From IMG/VR virus record IMGVR_UViG_3300024346_000020: a stretch of 64,000 nucleotides of DNA; one strand, 5' to 3'. Made by a program: the position numbers and the translations under genes. Under the pieces are notes generated by a model. The model saw nothing but the letters and a program-made list of their open reading frames with translations, did no database searches and was not told where the DNA came from. Positions within the stretch are counted from its first letter, which is position 1. Each line of letters starts with the position of its first letter. This document shows, piece after piece, positions 51,254 to 59,199 of this stretch. Source of the DNA: a virus. Lineage: Duplodnaviria; Heunggongvirae; Uroviricota; Caudoviricetes.

Positions 51254-51574
51254 ATGGGATTTATAACAGAATTAAATGAAACAAACTATAACGGATTTGT
51301 AGAAAGTGGAGTGGCTTTAGTAGACATATATGCGATTTGGTGCGGTCCGTGCAAACAAATTGCACCTATTGTAGATCAATTTTCAATTGATTTTCAAGGA
51401 AGAGTAGCAGTAGGTAAATTAGACGCATCTCCAAATGGAGATAAAGTAGCTGAGTTAGGTATCAGAAACATTCCTACAATCTTGATTTATAAAGATGGAG
51501 AAATTGTAGATAAAAGTGTTGGTATGACAACTAAAGAAAAATTGTCTGAACTTGTTGAGCAATACTTAAACTAA
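51254..51574 (+). CDS. trxA: thioredoxin
   Basis: WCGPCK active site, 106 aa, canonical spacing (VDIYAIWCGPCKQIAP...IPTILIYKDGE). Confidence 0.85.
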   Translation: MGFITELNETNYNGFVESGVALVDIYAIWCGPCKQIAPIVDQFSIDFQGRVAVGKLDASPNGDKVAELGIRNIPTILIYKDGEIVDKSVGMTTKEKLSELVEQYLN

Positions 51575-52149
51575 TGGAAGAAATAGATTATTTATATGAT
51601 CTAATTAGTAAAACTGAGACAACCTTAATTGGTTATCGATTTTCAGATGAAAGAATTAAAGATGAAATTATTTCTAATCTTGGAAAAACCAAGACAATAG
51701 ATTTAAGTTCATCTTTTTCTATGAAGTCGATCCTTAGAGATATAAAAATTGATCAAGTTTTAAATGAAGAAGAAAAAATTGATTATCTACTATTAGATAT
51801 AAATGATATAAGAAATTCTTATATTGAACAAAGAAACTTTACTAATGAAGATATAAGTCGAGCAGGTATAATAAAAAATATTATTTACGATGTAAGAGAT
51901 TGTTTAAGAGATAGTAGAAATGGTAAAGATATTAGTGATATTAAATTGATACTTACTTGTCCACTACAATCTAATGGTTTAAATAGAGATGGTAATATGA
52001 TTGATGCTTTTATGGGTGGTTCGACACCTTTATATTATGCAGATTTAGCAATGATTATAACTCAACAAAGTAATGATAAGATAATACAAGTCATTAAGAA
52101 CAGAGAATCAGATTCTCACAAAATTATAAAATATGATAGCATTAAATAG
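51574..52149 (+). CDS. hypothetical protein
   Basis: ORF; ATG overlaps the upstream TAA. Confidence 0.4.
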   Translation: MEEIDYLYDLISKTETTLIGYRFSDERIKDEIISNLGKTKTIDLSSSFSMKSILRDIKIDQVLNEEEKIDYLLLDINDIRNSYIEQRNFTNEDISRAGIIKNIIYDVRDCLRDSRNGKDISDIKLILTCPLQSNGLNRDGNMIDAFMGGSTPLYYADLAMIITQQSNDKIIQVIKNRESDSHKIIKYDSIK

Positions 52150-52564
52150 AAGAGCTCGTTACGAATATACTTTTATAGAGGAATTTGACTGCGGGATAAT
52201 ATTGGTTGGTAGTGAGGTAAAATCCGTTAGAATGGGTAATGTTACTTTAATAGATGCATTTATTTTTATAAAAGATAATGAGGTTTGGATAAAAAACTTA
52301 AAGATTGCTGCTTATAAATCAGCACATACTTTAGACATACACGAAGAAAATCGTGATAAGAAACTTCTTTTAAATAAAAAAGAGATTACTCGAATCAAAC
52401 GAAAATTGGAAGACAAAGGTATAACCGCGATTCCACTTGGTATGTTTGTTAAGAATAATAGAATTAAAATCAAAATAGCAGTTGCTAAGGGGAAGAAAAC
52501 TTGGGATAAAAGAGCTTCAATTAAGGAGAGAGACCTTACCAGAGAGATGCAAAGAAATATATAA
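52133..52564 (+). CDS. smpB: SsrA-binding protein SmpB
   Basis: NRRARYEYTFIEEFDCGIILVGSEVKS...LLLNKKEI...IKIKIAVAKGKKTWDKRASIKERD matches the SmpB family along its full length (143 aa). Confidence 0.85.
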   Translation: MIALNRRARYEYTFIEEFDCGIILVGSEVKSVRMGNVTLIDAFIFIKDNEVWIKNLKIAAYKSAHTLDIHEENRDKKLLLNKKEITRIKRKLEDKGITAIPLGMFVKNNRIKIKIAVAKGKKTWDKRASIKERDLTREMQRNI

Positions 52565-52567
52565 TGT

Positions 52568-52921
52568 ATGAAATTGACCTTATTAGAATATCTCGATAAG
52601 CTACATCTTTCAACTACTGAGGAGCAAGCCATTGATACACTCAAAAAACTTATGAAGAACTTTAGTTCTAATAATTATAAAAGTGTTATTATGACTAATC
52701 CATATTTTAAATCATTAGCACTTGATTTAAAAGAAGAGGTGAGTAAAGAAATGAATTTAATGAGAAATTTAATAACTGTTGAAATTGATAATCTTAATTC
52801 ACAATTAAATAAAACTAAAAATACAGCAGACTTTTTAAAATTAAAGGATCTAAGAAGAGAGTGTGTTCATCTTTTAACAGATTTAGAAGCCAGACAACAT
52901 GACTTATACCTACTATCTTAA
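52568..52921 (+). CDS. hypothetical coiled-coil protein
   Basis: ORF only. Confidence 0.4.
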   Translation: MKLTLLEYLDKLHLSTTEEQAIDTLKKLMKNFSSNNYKSVIMTNPYFKSLALDLKEEVSKEMNLMRNLITVEIDNLNSQLNKTKNTADFLKLKDLRRECVHLLTDLEARQHDLYLLS

Positions 52922-54586
52922 AAGGTCTTTAAATACTTTTTCAAGTTTATCTAATCTTTTAACATCACTATTATACTCTTCTTCACTATATCTTAATCTA
53001 CTCATAATTAGTTTTAATGATGAAGTATCAGCATCTAAGTTTATAAGAATATTTTTAGTATTTCTAGAAAGTATAAAAATATCATCTTGTACTAATTCAT
53101 ACAATGATGCTAGTCTAACTTGTATTGATTTAAGATCTTCAATAGTTTCTATATTTCTATTTTTAATTGAATTTGATAAAAGTTGACCTATATTAGTTAT
53201 TCTGTCAATTACATCAGACATTCTTTCTGCATTTTGATTATCAGTATCTTTAATAATTTTAATACTATAGGAGTAAGCAGTAGTTTGTTTTAAACGTCTT
53301 TTCTTAATAGTTTTAAACAATTCATATGTTTTCTCAAAGTTATATGAGTTATCACTTTCTGACATCAATCTATACAAAAATGTAATAAAGTCTGATAATC
53401 TATCAATATAAGAACTACTATTATAAAGAGCAATTATAAAATAATCTCCAATAATTGATGATAAAACAACTGAGTTGAGATTTTTAAATTCTTGTTTATC
53501 TTTTTCAATTCCTAATTTTGTAAATAAAGTAGTTAAATACCTTTCAACATTTTCTTTTCTAATATCATCTGGTTTCCTTAAAGCGAGAGCATCCTTTTTA
53601 ACAGACTTTCTTCTTTTTATAATATCAGATGTAGTATCATCAACATTTTTAATGATTATATCATCAAGAAAAAGAACGATTGCGAAGTTTGCTTCTTTAT
53701 TTACTTTATTAAAAATTGAAGTTTTTCTCTGATTCCATTCTTCCAAAGTAGTTCCATCTAATGGTAAATTGAAATCCCAAACAGATTCTTCTGTTTTATT
53801 CATTTTATCCAAATCTTCATCCTTAAATCTTAATGGATTTTCATCAAGTATTACTTTATGTAACATAAGATGATCATCATTCTCACTTTCTGGACTTCCT
53901 AATGACCAAGCATATTGATAAGCTGCATTACCTGCATATAGATTATATCTGTCTGGTAACACGATATTATTTCTAGTTGAACCAGGATCTGATCCTTCAT
54001 GTTCATTTTGATAAAAGTAATATTGAAGTTCATCATCATTTCTTCTATTATCAGCATATATTTCACCAAAAGTTAAATAAGAAGGATCTCCATTGAAATC
54101 ATCACCACAAACCATTACTACTTTATCACCTGTTACTAAATCTCCTAATCTCGCTGGAGTAATAACACCACCTATTCTATATTCTCTAGCTAGGTAAGCC
54201 AAATGTGATTGATCTAAACCTTCGCCATTACTCATCATAGAACCATTATAAGAATTATACTTGTTATAATCCATAGTTTTATTTCCAGATCCAGTACTAC
54301 ATAAATAACCTTTTTCTAATGAAAACCAATATTTAATACAGTAAGTACCAGATGGATTCATTGCTTCTTCACCTTTACCAACAACTAAAGCTTTATTTAC
54401 CGGTAAGTATTGTATTTCTTTATCGCTTAATGTACTTAGTGGGAAATCAAATTTATCAGCAAGTTTTTTTAATACTTTTAAAAACTCTCTTGTTGGATTA
54501 TCACTCTTTATCTTTTTATTTAGAAATGAAAGTATTGCACTAACTCTATCAGATTCAAACCCTTCGTATAATTTTAAGTATTTCAT
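52913..54586 (-). CDS. hypothetical 557-aa protein with a capsid-targeting-like N-terminus (MKYLKLYEGFE)
   Basis: Long ORF, convergent with the upstream plus-strand block; N-terminal motif shared with other ORFs. Confidence 0.55.
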   Translation of the reverse strand: MKYLKLYEGFESDRVSAILSFLNKKIKSDNPTREFLKVLKKLADKFDFPLSTLSDKEIQYLPVNKALVVGKGEEAMNPSGTYCIKYWFSLEKGYLCSTGSGNKTMDYNKYNSYNGSMMSNGEGLDQSHLAYLAREYRIGGVITPARLGDLVTGDKVVMVCGDDFNGDPSYLTFGEIYADNRRNDDELQYYFYQNEHEGSDPGSTRNNIVLPDRYNLYAGNAAYQYAWSLGSPESENDDHLMLHKVILDENPLRFKDEDLDKMNKTEESVWDFNLPLDGTTLEEWNQRKTSIFNKVNKEANFAIVLFLDDIIIKNVDDTTSDIIKRRKSVKKDALALRKPDDIRKENVERYLTTLFTKLGIEKDKQEFKNLNSVVLSSIIGDYFIIALYNSSSYIDRLSDFITFLYRLMSESDNSYNFEKTYELFKTIKKRRLKQTTAYSYSIKIIKDTDNQNAERMSDVIDRITNIGQLLSNSIKNRNIETIEDLKSIQVRLASLYELVQDDIFILSRNTKNILINLDADTSSLKLIMSRLRYSEEEYNSDVKRLDKLEKVFKDLLR

Positions 54587-54842
54587 AAACTATATATTAA
54601 AATATATTTTTTAAATTGAAACTTTATTGTATATTTGCATAATAAATAATGAGCTACTACAACTGACCTGTTAGAGAATAAGTTTTGGTCACATAGTTAT
54701 AGTTAGTGTTTATGGTAGTAATTAGCTGGGAAATACGTTTTCTTATACACTTTTAATAAAAACAGTGAACTACCTCGATATTAAATATAAAATATGAAAA
54801 TAAAAGTGTATTTTTTTTTAGAAATTATTAAAAATAAATATT

Positions 54843-55247
54843 ATGAATTTAAAAGAACAAATTAGCAAAGACTACATGACCGCTTTCAAAGAAAGAAATG
54901 TCGTAGCAAAGAACTTACTTTCTGTAGTGAAAGGAGAGATCCAAACTATTGAAAAAAATACAGGAGTAGATTGTCTTTCTGATGTAGAGGTAATTAAAAT
55001 TCTTAATAAAACTGCAAAATCTCTTAAAGAAGTTATCGAAATTTCTGGAGACGCTGAATCTATAACTCAATTAGAAATGGTTGAATCTTTACTTCCAGCT
55101 GCTATGACAAGAGAAGATGTTGTTGTAAAAGTTAGTGCACTTGTTGCATCAGGTATTACCAATGTTGGTGGAATTATGAAAGAGTTTGCTACTTTACAAG
55201 TGGATAGAAAAGTTGTATCAGAAGTTATTAAAGAAGTATTAGCATAA
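54843..55247 (+). CDS. yqeY: GatB/YqeY-domain protein
   Basis: MNLKEQISKDYMTAFKERNVVAKNLLSVVKGEIQ...TREDVVVKV... matches the YqeY family. Confidence 0.7.
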   Translation: MNLKEQISKDYMTAFKERNVVAKNLLSVVKGEIQTIEKNTGVDCLSDVEVIKILNKTAKSLKEVIEISGDAESITQLEMVESLLPAAMTREDVVVKVSALVASGITNVGGIMKEFATLQVDRKVVSEVIKEVLA

Positions 55248-56503
55248 TGAAAAATATAGTAGAAGAATTAAAATGGCGTGGGTTGGTACACGATATAATA
55301 CCAGGAACGGAGGATCAACTTTTAAAAGAAGCCACCACCTCTTATATTGGTTTTGATCCAACGTCAGATTCTCTACATATCGGTAGTTTAGTTCCAATCA
55401 TTCTTTTAAAACACATGAAGAATTTTGGACACAATCCTATCGCACTTGTTGGAGGTGCCACTGGTATGATCGGTGACCCCTCTGGTAAGTCAAATGAGAG
55501 AAATCTATTAGACGAAGAAGAACTTAATAAAAATGTTGAAGGTATTAAAAATACTCTTGAAAGATTTTTAGGTGATACTCCTGTGGTAAATAACTACGAT
55601 TGGATGTCAAAGTTTAGTTTCATAGACTTTGTAAGAGACATCGGTAAAAGAATTACTGTAAATTACATGTTATCTAAACAATCTGTAAAAAATCGTATAG
55701 AAGGTGAGGGAATGTCTTTCACTGAATTTACATACCAGTTGATTCAAGGATACGATTTCTACCATCTAAACAAAGAACATAACTGTTTATTACAAATGGG
55801 TGGTTCAGATCAATGGGGTAACATTACAACAGGAACTGAACTAATTCATAAAATGAATCCTGGTAGGGAAGCATTTGCTATGACATGCCCTTTACTAACT
55901 AAATCGGATGGTTCTAAGTTCGGAAAATCTGAAGGAGGTACAAATATATGGTTAGATAAAGATAAGACCTCTGTGTACAAGTTTTACCAATTTTGGATAA
56001 ATACTGATGATAATGATGCAGAGAAATACATTAAAATCTTTACATTTTTAGATAAAGAAACTATTGATAATTTAATAGAAGAACATAATAAAGCAAAGAA
56101 CTTATTTTTGTTACAAAAAACATTAGCAAGAGAAATAACTATTATGGTTCACGGTCAGCAAGAGTTTGAAAAGGCAGTAGAAGCTTCTAACATTTTATTT
56201 AATGGTGGAGATTTAAACTTACTTGATGAAGAATTATTTCTAGATATATTTAATGGAATACCACAAGCGAAAGTTCCTATGGAAGACATTCTTTCTGGTA
56301 TTACAATGACAGACATTCTATTTAAAACAGGTTTCTTAAAATCAAATAATGAAGCTAGAAGAGCTTTAAAAGAAAATTCAGTTGCAATAAATAAAATAAA
56401 AAGAGAAGAGGATTATATCGTAACAGATGTTGATTTGATAAATGATAAGTTTATCATACTACAAAGAGGTAAGAAAAGTTACTTCTTAGTTGAAGCATCA
56501 TAG
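55247..56503 (+). CDS. tyrS: tyrosyl-tRNA synthetase
   Basis: HIGH motif (LHIGSL), KMSKS motif (KFGKS), a TyrRS catalytic core (GGSDQWGNI) and a C-terminal S4-like domain. TAG stop. Confidence 0.85.
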   Translation: MKNIVEELKWRGLVHDIIPGTEDQLLKEATTSYIGFDPTSDSLHIGSLVPIILLKHMKNFGHNPIALVGGATGMIGDPSGKSNERNLLDEEELNKNVEGIKNTLERFLGDTPVVNNYDWMSKFSFIDFVRDIGKRITVNYMLSKQSVKNRIEGEGMSFTEFTYQLIQGYDFYHLNKEHNCLLQMGGSDQWGNITTGTELIHKMNPGREAFAMTCPLLTKSDGSKFGKSEGGTNIWLDKDKTSVYKFYQFWINTDDNDAEKYIKIFTFLDKETIDNLIEEHNKAKNLFLLQKTLAREITIMVHGQQEFEKAVEASNILFNGGDLNLLDEELFLDIFNGIPQAKVPMEDILSGITMTDILFKTGFLKSNNEARRALKENSVAINKIKREEDYIVTDVDLINDKFIILQRGKKSYFLVEAS

Positions 56504-56682
56504 TTTTCACTTACATAAGTTTGAAAACTTTTAACTTTGGTTGGTAACCCACTGGCTTTAACGTCTTGGGTCCAATCTTCGTTAAATACCCACTTCATAT
56601 GTTTGGGTGCATTCTTTTCAGTTTTATATTTACGACGCATCGCAAAAATGTACTTTAATTGCTGTTTTGAAGAAGCTGGCAT
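56479..56682 (-). CDS. small basic hypothetical protein (67 aa), convergent and overlapping the tyrS 3' end
   Basis: ORF only; could be a shadow ORF. Confidence 0.25.
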   Translation of the reverse strand: MPASSKQQLKYIFAMRRKYKTEKNAPKHMKWVFNEDWTQDVKASGLPTKVKSFQTYVSENYDASTKK

Positions 56683-56727
56683 TTTTAAAGATTTTTTCTT
56701 TTATATATAAAAAACATAAAATACAAT

Positions 56728-56994
56728 ATGGAAATGACTAAAATTAGTAAGGAGGAAAAACTAGTTCGCGACATTCATAGACAATTGTTTAAAGAAACAA
56801 TGCCTATTGCGAATTATGATGAACTCATTAAAGATGAAAAAACAAACTTTAAAAGTTATATTATATCAATGTGGACTTACCACACTATTGTAGAAGAAAA
56901 CTTAACTGGTAAAAAACTAACACCTTTAAAAAAAGCAGTTATTCGTAATATGCTTAACTCAAGCGAAACTTTACCTGACATTAAAAGACTTTAA
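56728..56994 (+). CDS. hypothetical protein
   Basis: ORF only. Confidence 0.4.
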   Translation: MEMTKISKEEKLVRDIHRQLFKETMPIANYDELIKDEKTNFKSYIISMWTYHTIVEENLTGKKLTPLKKAVIRNMLNSSETLPDIKRL

Positions 56995-57008
56995 AAAATA
57001 AAAATAAA

Positions 57009-57326
57009 ATGAAATTCATAAATCCCTTCAGAAGTAAGAAAAAAATAGATAAAGAGTCAATACTAAAGTTAGTAGATAAGGATACGGTATATGTAAATTA
57101 TATAAATAAAAATGGTGATGAAGAAGGATGTTTATTTAATGAATGGTCTTTAAGTAAAAGAGGAACTAATAAATTAAGTGATATTACTAGATATTATTTA
57201 TATGATGGTTCTGATTTGAAGTATATAATAAGAATTAAATCTAATATATTAGTATGTTGTGTTGATGAAGTCAAACTAGTAATAGATAATGAATTTATTC
57301 AACAAATCACAGATAAATTACTTTAA
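57009..57326 (+). CDS. hypothetical protein
   Basis: ORF only. Confidence 0.4.
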   Translation: MKFINPFRSKKKIDKESILKLVDKDTVYVNYINKNGDEEGCLFNEWSLSKRGTNKLSDITRYYLYDGSDLKYIIRIKSNILVCCVDEVKLVIDNEFIQQITDKLL

Positions 57327-57579
57327 TATGGTTTTAAAAATATTCTGTATAGTAGAACCAGACATTTCCTATACAAGAAACAAAGCATTAGTTGTAAATG
57401 AAACTTATTATGGTGTATATACCGAAGCCACACTAGGTGACTATGGTATTTGTCCTATATATGATGTTTATGATGAAAGAAAAAACAAGCTTGGTCAATA
57501 CTATGCTAGAGACTTTATAACTTTAGAAGAGTATAGAGATAGAAAACTTGAAGAAATTTTAGGTTTAAGTTTGGTATAA
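57289..57579 (+). CDS. hypothetical protein
   Basis: ORF; overlaps the upstream gene. Confidence 0.35.
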   Translation: MNLFNKSQINYFNMVLKIFCIVEPDISYTRNKALVVNETYYGVYTEATLGDYGICPIYDVYDERKNKLGQYYARDFITLEEYRDRKLEEILGLSLV

Positions 57580-57624
57580 TCAAATTAAGTTATATCTTTG
57601 TAATCTAAATAAGAAGAATGAGTA

Positions 57625-57861
57625 ATGACTTCTAAAAATAAAAGTAAACTAACATTAGTTACAGGTATAACAGCAATATTTATGATGTTTGTATTACCAT
57701 TCTTTTTACCTAATAGTATTTGTAATAATAAAACATATACTTTGATTTACTTTATAGTGTTCCTTAGCTTAGTTGGATGGTCTAACTATACTAATGAAAA
57801 GATAGATAAAATGTCTGTAGAAGAGAAGAGAGAAGAGAAATTAAAAGAAATACTAAAATAA
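57625..57861 (+). CDS. small membrane protein (two predicted TM helices)
   Basis: LVTGITAIFMMFVLPFFLP and LIYFIVFLSLVGW hydrophobic segments. Confidence 0.4.
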   Translation: MTSKNKSKLTLVTGITAIFMMFVLPFFLPNSICNNKTYTLIYFIVFLSLVGWSNYTNEKIDKMSVEEKREEKLKEILK

Positions 57862-58093
57862 ATTAGGTAGATAAGTAAACTTTTATTACTTTTGTACTAT
57901 AAAAATAACAAAAAAAACAAAAAGAGAGAATAAACTTTTAATATATAATAACAATGAGAACAAATTCAATACATACAAGCTTTAGTAAGTCGTTCAAGTG
58001 GTTTAGCCACAAGTTCGGATGTATGAGTATGTCGTTCTCAAAAGAAGATGTTATTGTAGGATAATGTCATAAAAGAGAATAAAACATAAACGT

Positions 58094-58127
58094 AAACCCG
58101 AACTTATAAAAAAGTTCGGGTTTTTTT
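58094..58127 (+). terminator. rho-independent terminator preceding the tRNA array
   Basis: aaaCCCGAACttataaaaaaGTTCGGGttttttt. Confidence 0.75.
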
Positions 58128-58136
58128 ATTTTATAA

Positions 58137-58222
58137 TCCCTCTTAGCTCAGTTGGTTTGCATTATGCTTAGAGCAATCGTCTTTTAAACGATGGGTCACA
58201 GGTTCGAATCCTGTAGGGGGAA
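58137..58222 (+). tRNA. tRNA-Lys (anticodon TTT) with an abnormally long D-loop (about 21 nt, extra GCAttaTGC mini-hairpin)
   Basis: Acceptor TCCCTCT/AGGGGGA; D-stem GCTC/GAGC; anticodon arm ATCGT-CTTTTAA-ACGAT; T-arm ACAGG-TTCGAAT-CCTGT; hand-folded. Confidence 0.55.
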
Positions 58223-58225
58223 CAA

Positions 58226-58723
58226 GACTTTTAATATATAAATAAAATTAAAAGTCAATTATGGAAAAATATTGTGGTACATGTAAAGAAGTTAAAAATA
58301 AAACTGAATTCAATAAAAATAAAGGTAGAAAAGATGGTTTAAACTCTATATGTAGAGTTTGTAGTAGGACTAATTCATATAATTATTATAAGGATAATAA
58401 GGAAATAATGAAGCCTATGATAAATGATAGTAAAAGGAAAAGAAAAATTGAAAGAATTAGATATATCTATCACTATTTTATGAAAAATCCTTGTATCGAT
58501 TGTGGGGAAACTAATCCGATAGTATTAGAATTCGATCATAGAGATAATGTTGAAAAGATAGATAATCTATGTGATATGATTAGTGAAGGTGCTGGTCTAG
58601 ATAAAATTAAAAATGAAATAGAAAAATGTGATGTTAGATGTGCGAATTGTCACCGAATAAGAACATCCATACAACAAAATTGGACTATGTTACAATTTAT
58701 ACAATAAAAAAGATTATTAAAAT
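58226..58723 (+). mobile_element. putative freestanding HNH homing-endonuclease insertion within the tRNA array
   Basis: HNH ORF at 58261..58707 sits between tRNA-Lys and the next tRNA; inference from phage precedent. Confidence 0.3.
58261..58707 (+). CDS. HNH endonuclease
   Basis: N-terminal CxxC...CxxC zinc finger (CGTCKEV...CRVCS) and an HNH core (LEFDHRDNVEKIDN...CANCHRIRT). Confidence 0.75.
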   Translation: MEKYCGTCKEVKNKTEFNKNKGRKDGLNSICRVCSRTNSYNYYKDNKEIMKPMINDSKRKRKIERIRYIYHYFMKNPCIDCGETNPIVLEFDHRDNVEKIDNLCDMISEGAGLDKIKNEIEKCDVRCANCHRIRTSIQQNWTMLQFIQ

Positions 58724-58796
58724 ACAGGTCAGCATAATGGTATGCACCAGGTCTCCAAAACCTCGGATGGAAAGAGTTCGACTCTCTTGGCTTGTG
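58724..58796 (+). tRNA. probable tRNA, anticodon CCA (Trp), atypical D-region
   Basis: T-arm AAGAG-TTCGACT-CTCTT; acceptor ACAGGTC/GGCTTGT with two G-U pairs; anticodon arm (C)AGGT-CTCCAAA-ACCT(C); needs software confirmation. Confidence 0.35.
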
Positions 58797-58806
58797 CAAA
58801 TATAAT

Positions 58807-58879
58807 GGACCTTTCGTATAGCTGGTGCGTACGTTGGACTGAAAATCCAAAGGACAGGGCTCGATTCCCTGAGGGTCCA
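58807..58879 (+). tRNA. tRNA-Phe (GAA)
   Basis: Acceptor GGACCTT/AGGGTCC; D-loop with GG; anticodon arm TTGGA-CTGAAAA-TCCAA; T-arm CAGGG-CTCGATT-CCCTG. Confidence 0.6.
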
Positions 58880-58891
58880 CTTTGATGGTAG

Positions 58892-58954
58892 CTTAATGGT
58901 TAAAGCACTTGGTTGTGAACCAAGGGATTGCGGGTTCGAGTCCCGTCTGTCAAC
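58892..58954 (+). tRNA. tRNA with anticodon GTG (His-type) but no G-1; canonical 73-nt fold
   Basis: Acceptor TTGATGG/CTGTCAA; D GCTT-AATGGTTA-AAGC; anticodon arm CTTGG-TTGTGAA-CCAAG; T-arm GCGGG-TTCGAGT-CCCGT; discriminator C. Confidence 0.5.
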
Positions 58955-58961
58955 CCAAAAT

Positions 58962-59034
58962 GGTGATTGTCGTCCAAAGGTCAGGATGCCTCCCTGTGAA
59001 GGAGGAGATGTGGTTTCGAGATCCATCATTCACC
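58962..59034 (+). tRNA. tRNA-His (GTG) with G-1:C73
   Basis: G at -1; acceptor GTGATTG/CATTCAC (one U-U); anticodon arm CCTCC-CTGTGAA-GGAGG; T-arm GTGGT-TTCGAGA-TCCAT; 3' ...C-CA encoded. Confidence 0.5.
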
Positions 59035-59041
59035 CAAATTC

Positions 59042-59115
59042 TCTCCCGTAGCTTAAATGGAGAAAGCCGCATACTTTTAATATGCAGACTACCGGATCGT
59101 ACCCGGTCGGGGGAA
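59042..59115 (+). tRNA. tRNA-Lys (TTT), second copy, with an unusual T-loop ATCGTAC (A54/T58 swapped)
   Basis: Acceptor TCTCCCG/CGGGGGA; D GCTT-AAATGGAGA-AAGC; anticodon arm GCATA-CTTTTAA-TATGC; T-arm ACCGG-ATCGTAC-CCGGT. Confidence 0.45.
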
Positions 59116-59123
59116 CAAAAATT

Positions 59124-59195
59124 GCGGATTTAGCTGAGACGGTTTAGCGTATGGTTGAAGCCCATAAGAGGTCAATTCGATTTTGACAATCCGCA
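59124..59195 (+). tRNA. tRNA-Phe (GAA), second copy (G37)
   Basis: Perfect acceptor GCGGATT/AATCCGC; D GCTG-AGACGGTT-TAGC; anticodon arm TATGG-TTGAAGC-CCATA; T-arm GTCAA-TTCGATT-TTGAC. Confidence 0.6.
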
Positions 59196-59199
59196 CAAA

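Noticed and set aside
25201-54543. Miscellaneous short antisense ORFs (25201..25500, 26485..26703, 28884..29066, 32231..32470, 33987..34259, 34865..35110, 39507..39767, 43789..43977, 45671..45925, 46025..46213, 47305..47499, 47633..47830, 52312..52644, 52899..53186, 53475..53732, 54352..54543, 61644..61838, 63096..63338, 63258..63518, 63777..63965, 7116..7307, 11600..11800, 214..408)
   Set aside because: Each lies within, or antisense to, a longer ORF with recognisable domains or coherent composition. Their peptides are low-complexity (L/F/I/Y-rich), as expected from AT-rich shadow frames
54587-54842. T-box riboswitch upstream of tyrS/yqeY
   Set aside because: There is no recognisable T-box consensus (AGGGUGGNACCGCG) or specifier-loop arrangement by eye, so it is reported only as an unusually long leader
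57862-58136. Searched for a tmRNA (ssrA) partner of SmpB in the 275-nt gap before the tRNA array, and in the other noncoding gaps
   Set aside because: There is no GGGG-initiated tRNA-like 5' end, no T-arm plus CCACCA-like 3' end, and no tag-peptide ORF. The region contains only a small ORF and a terminator, so ssrA is probably elsewhere in the genome
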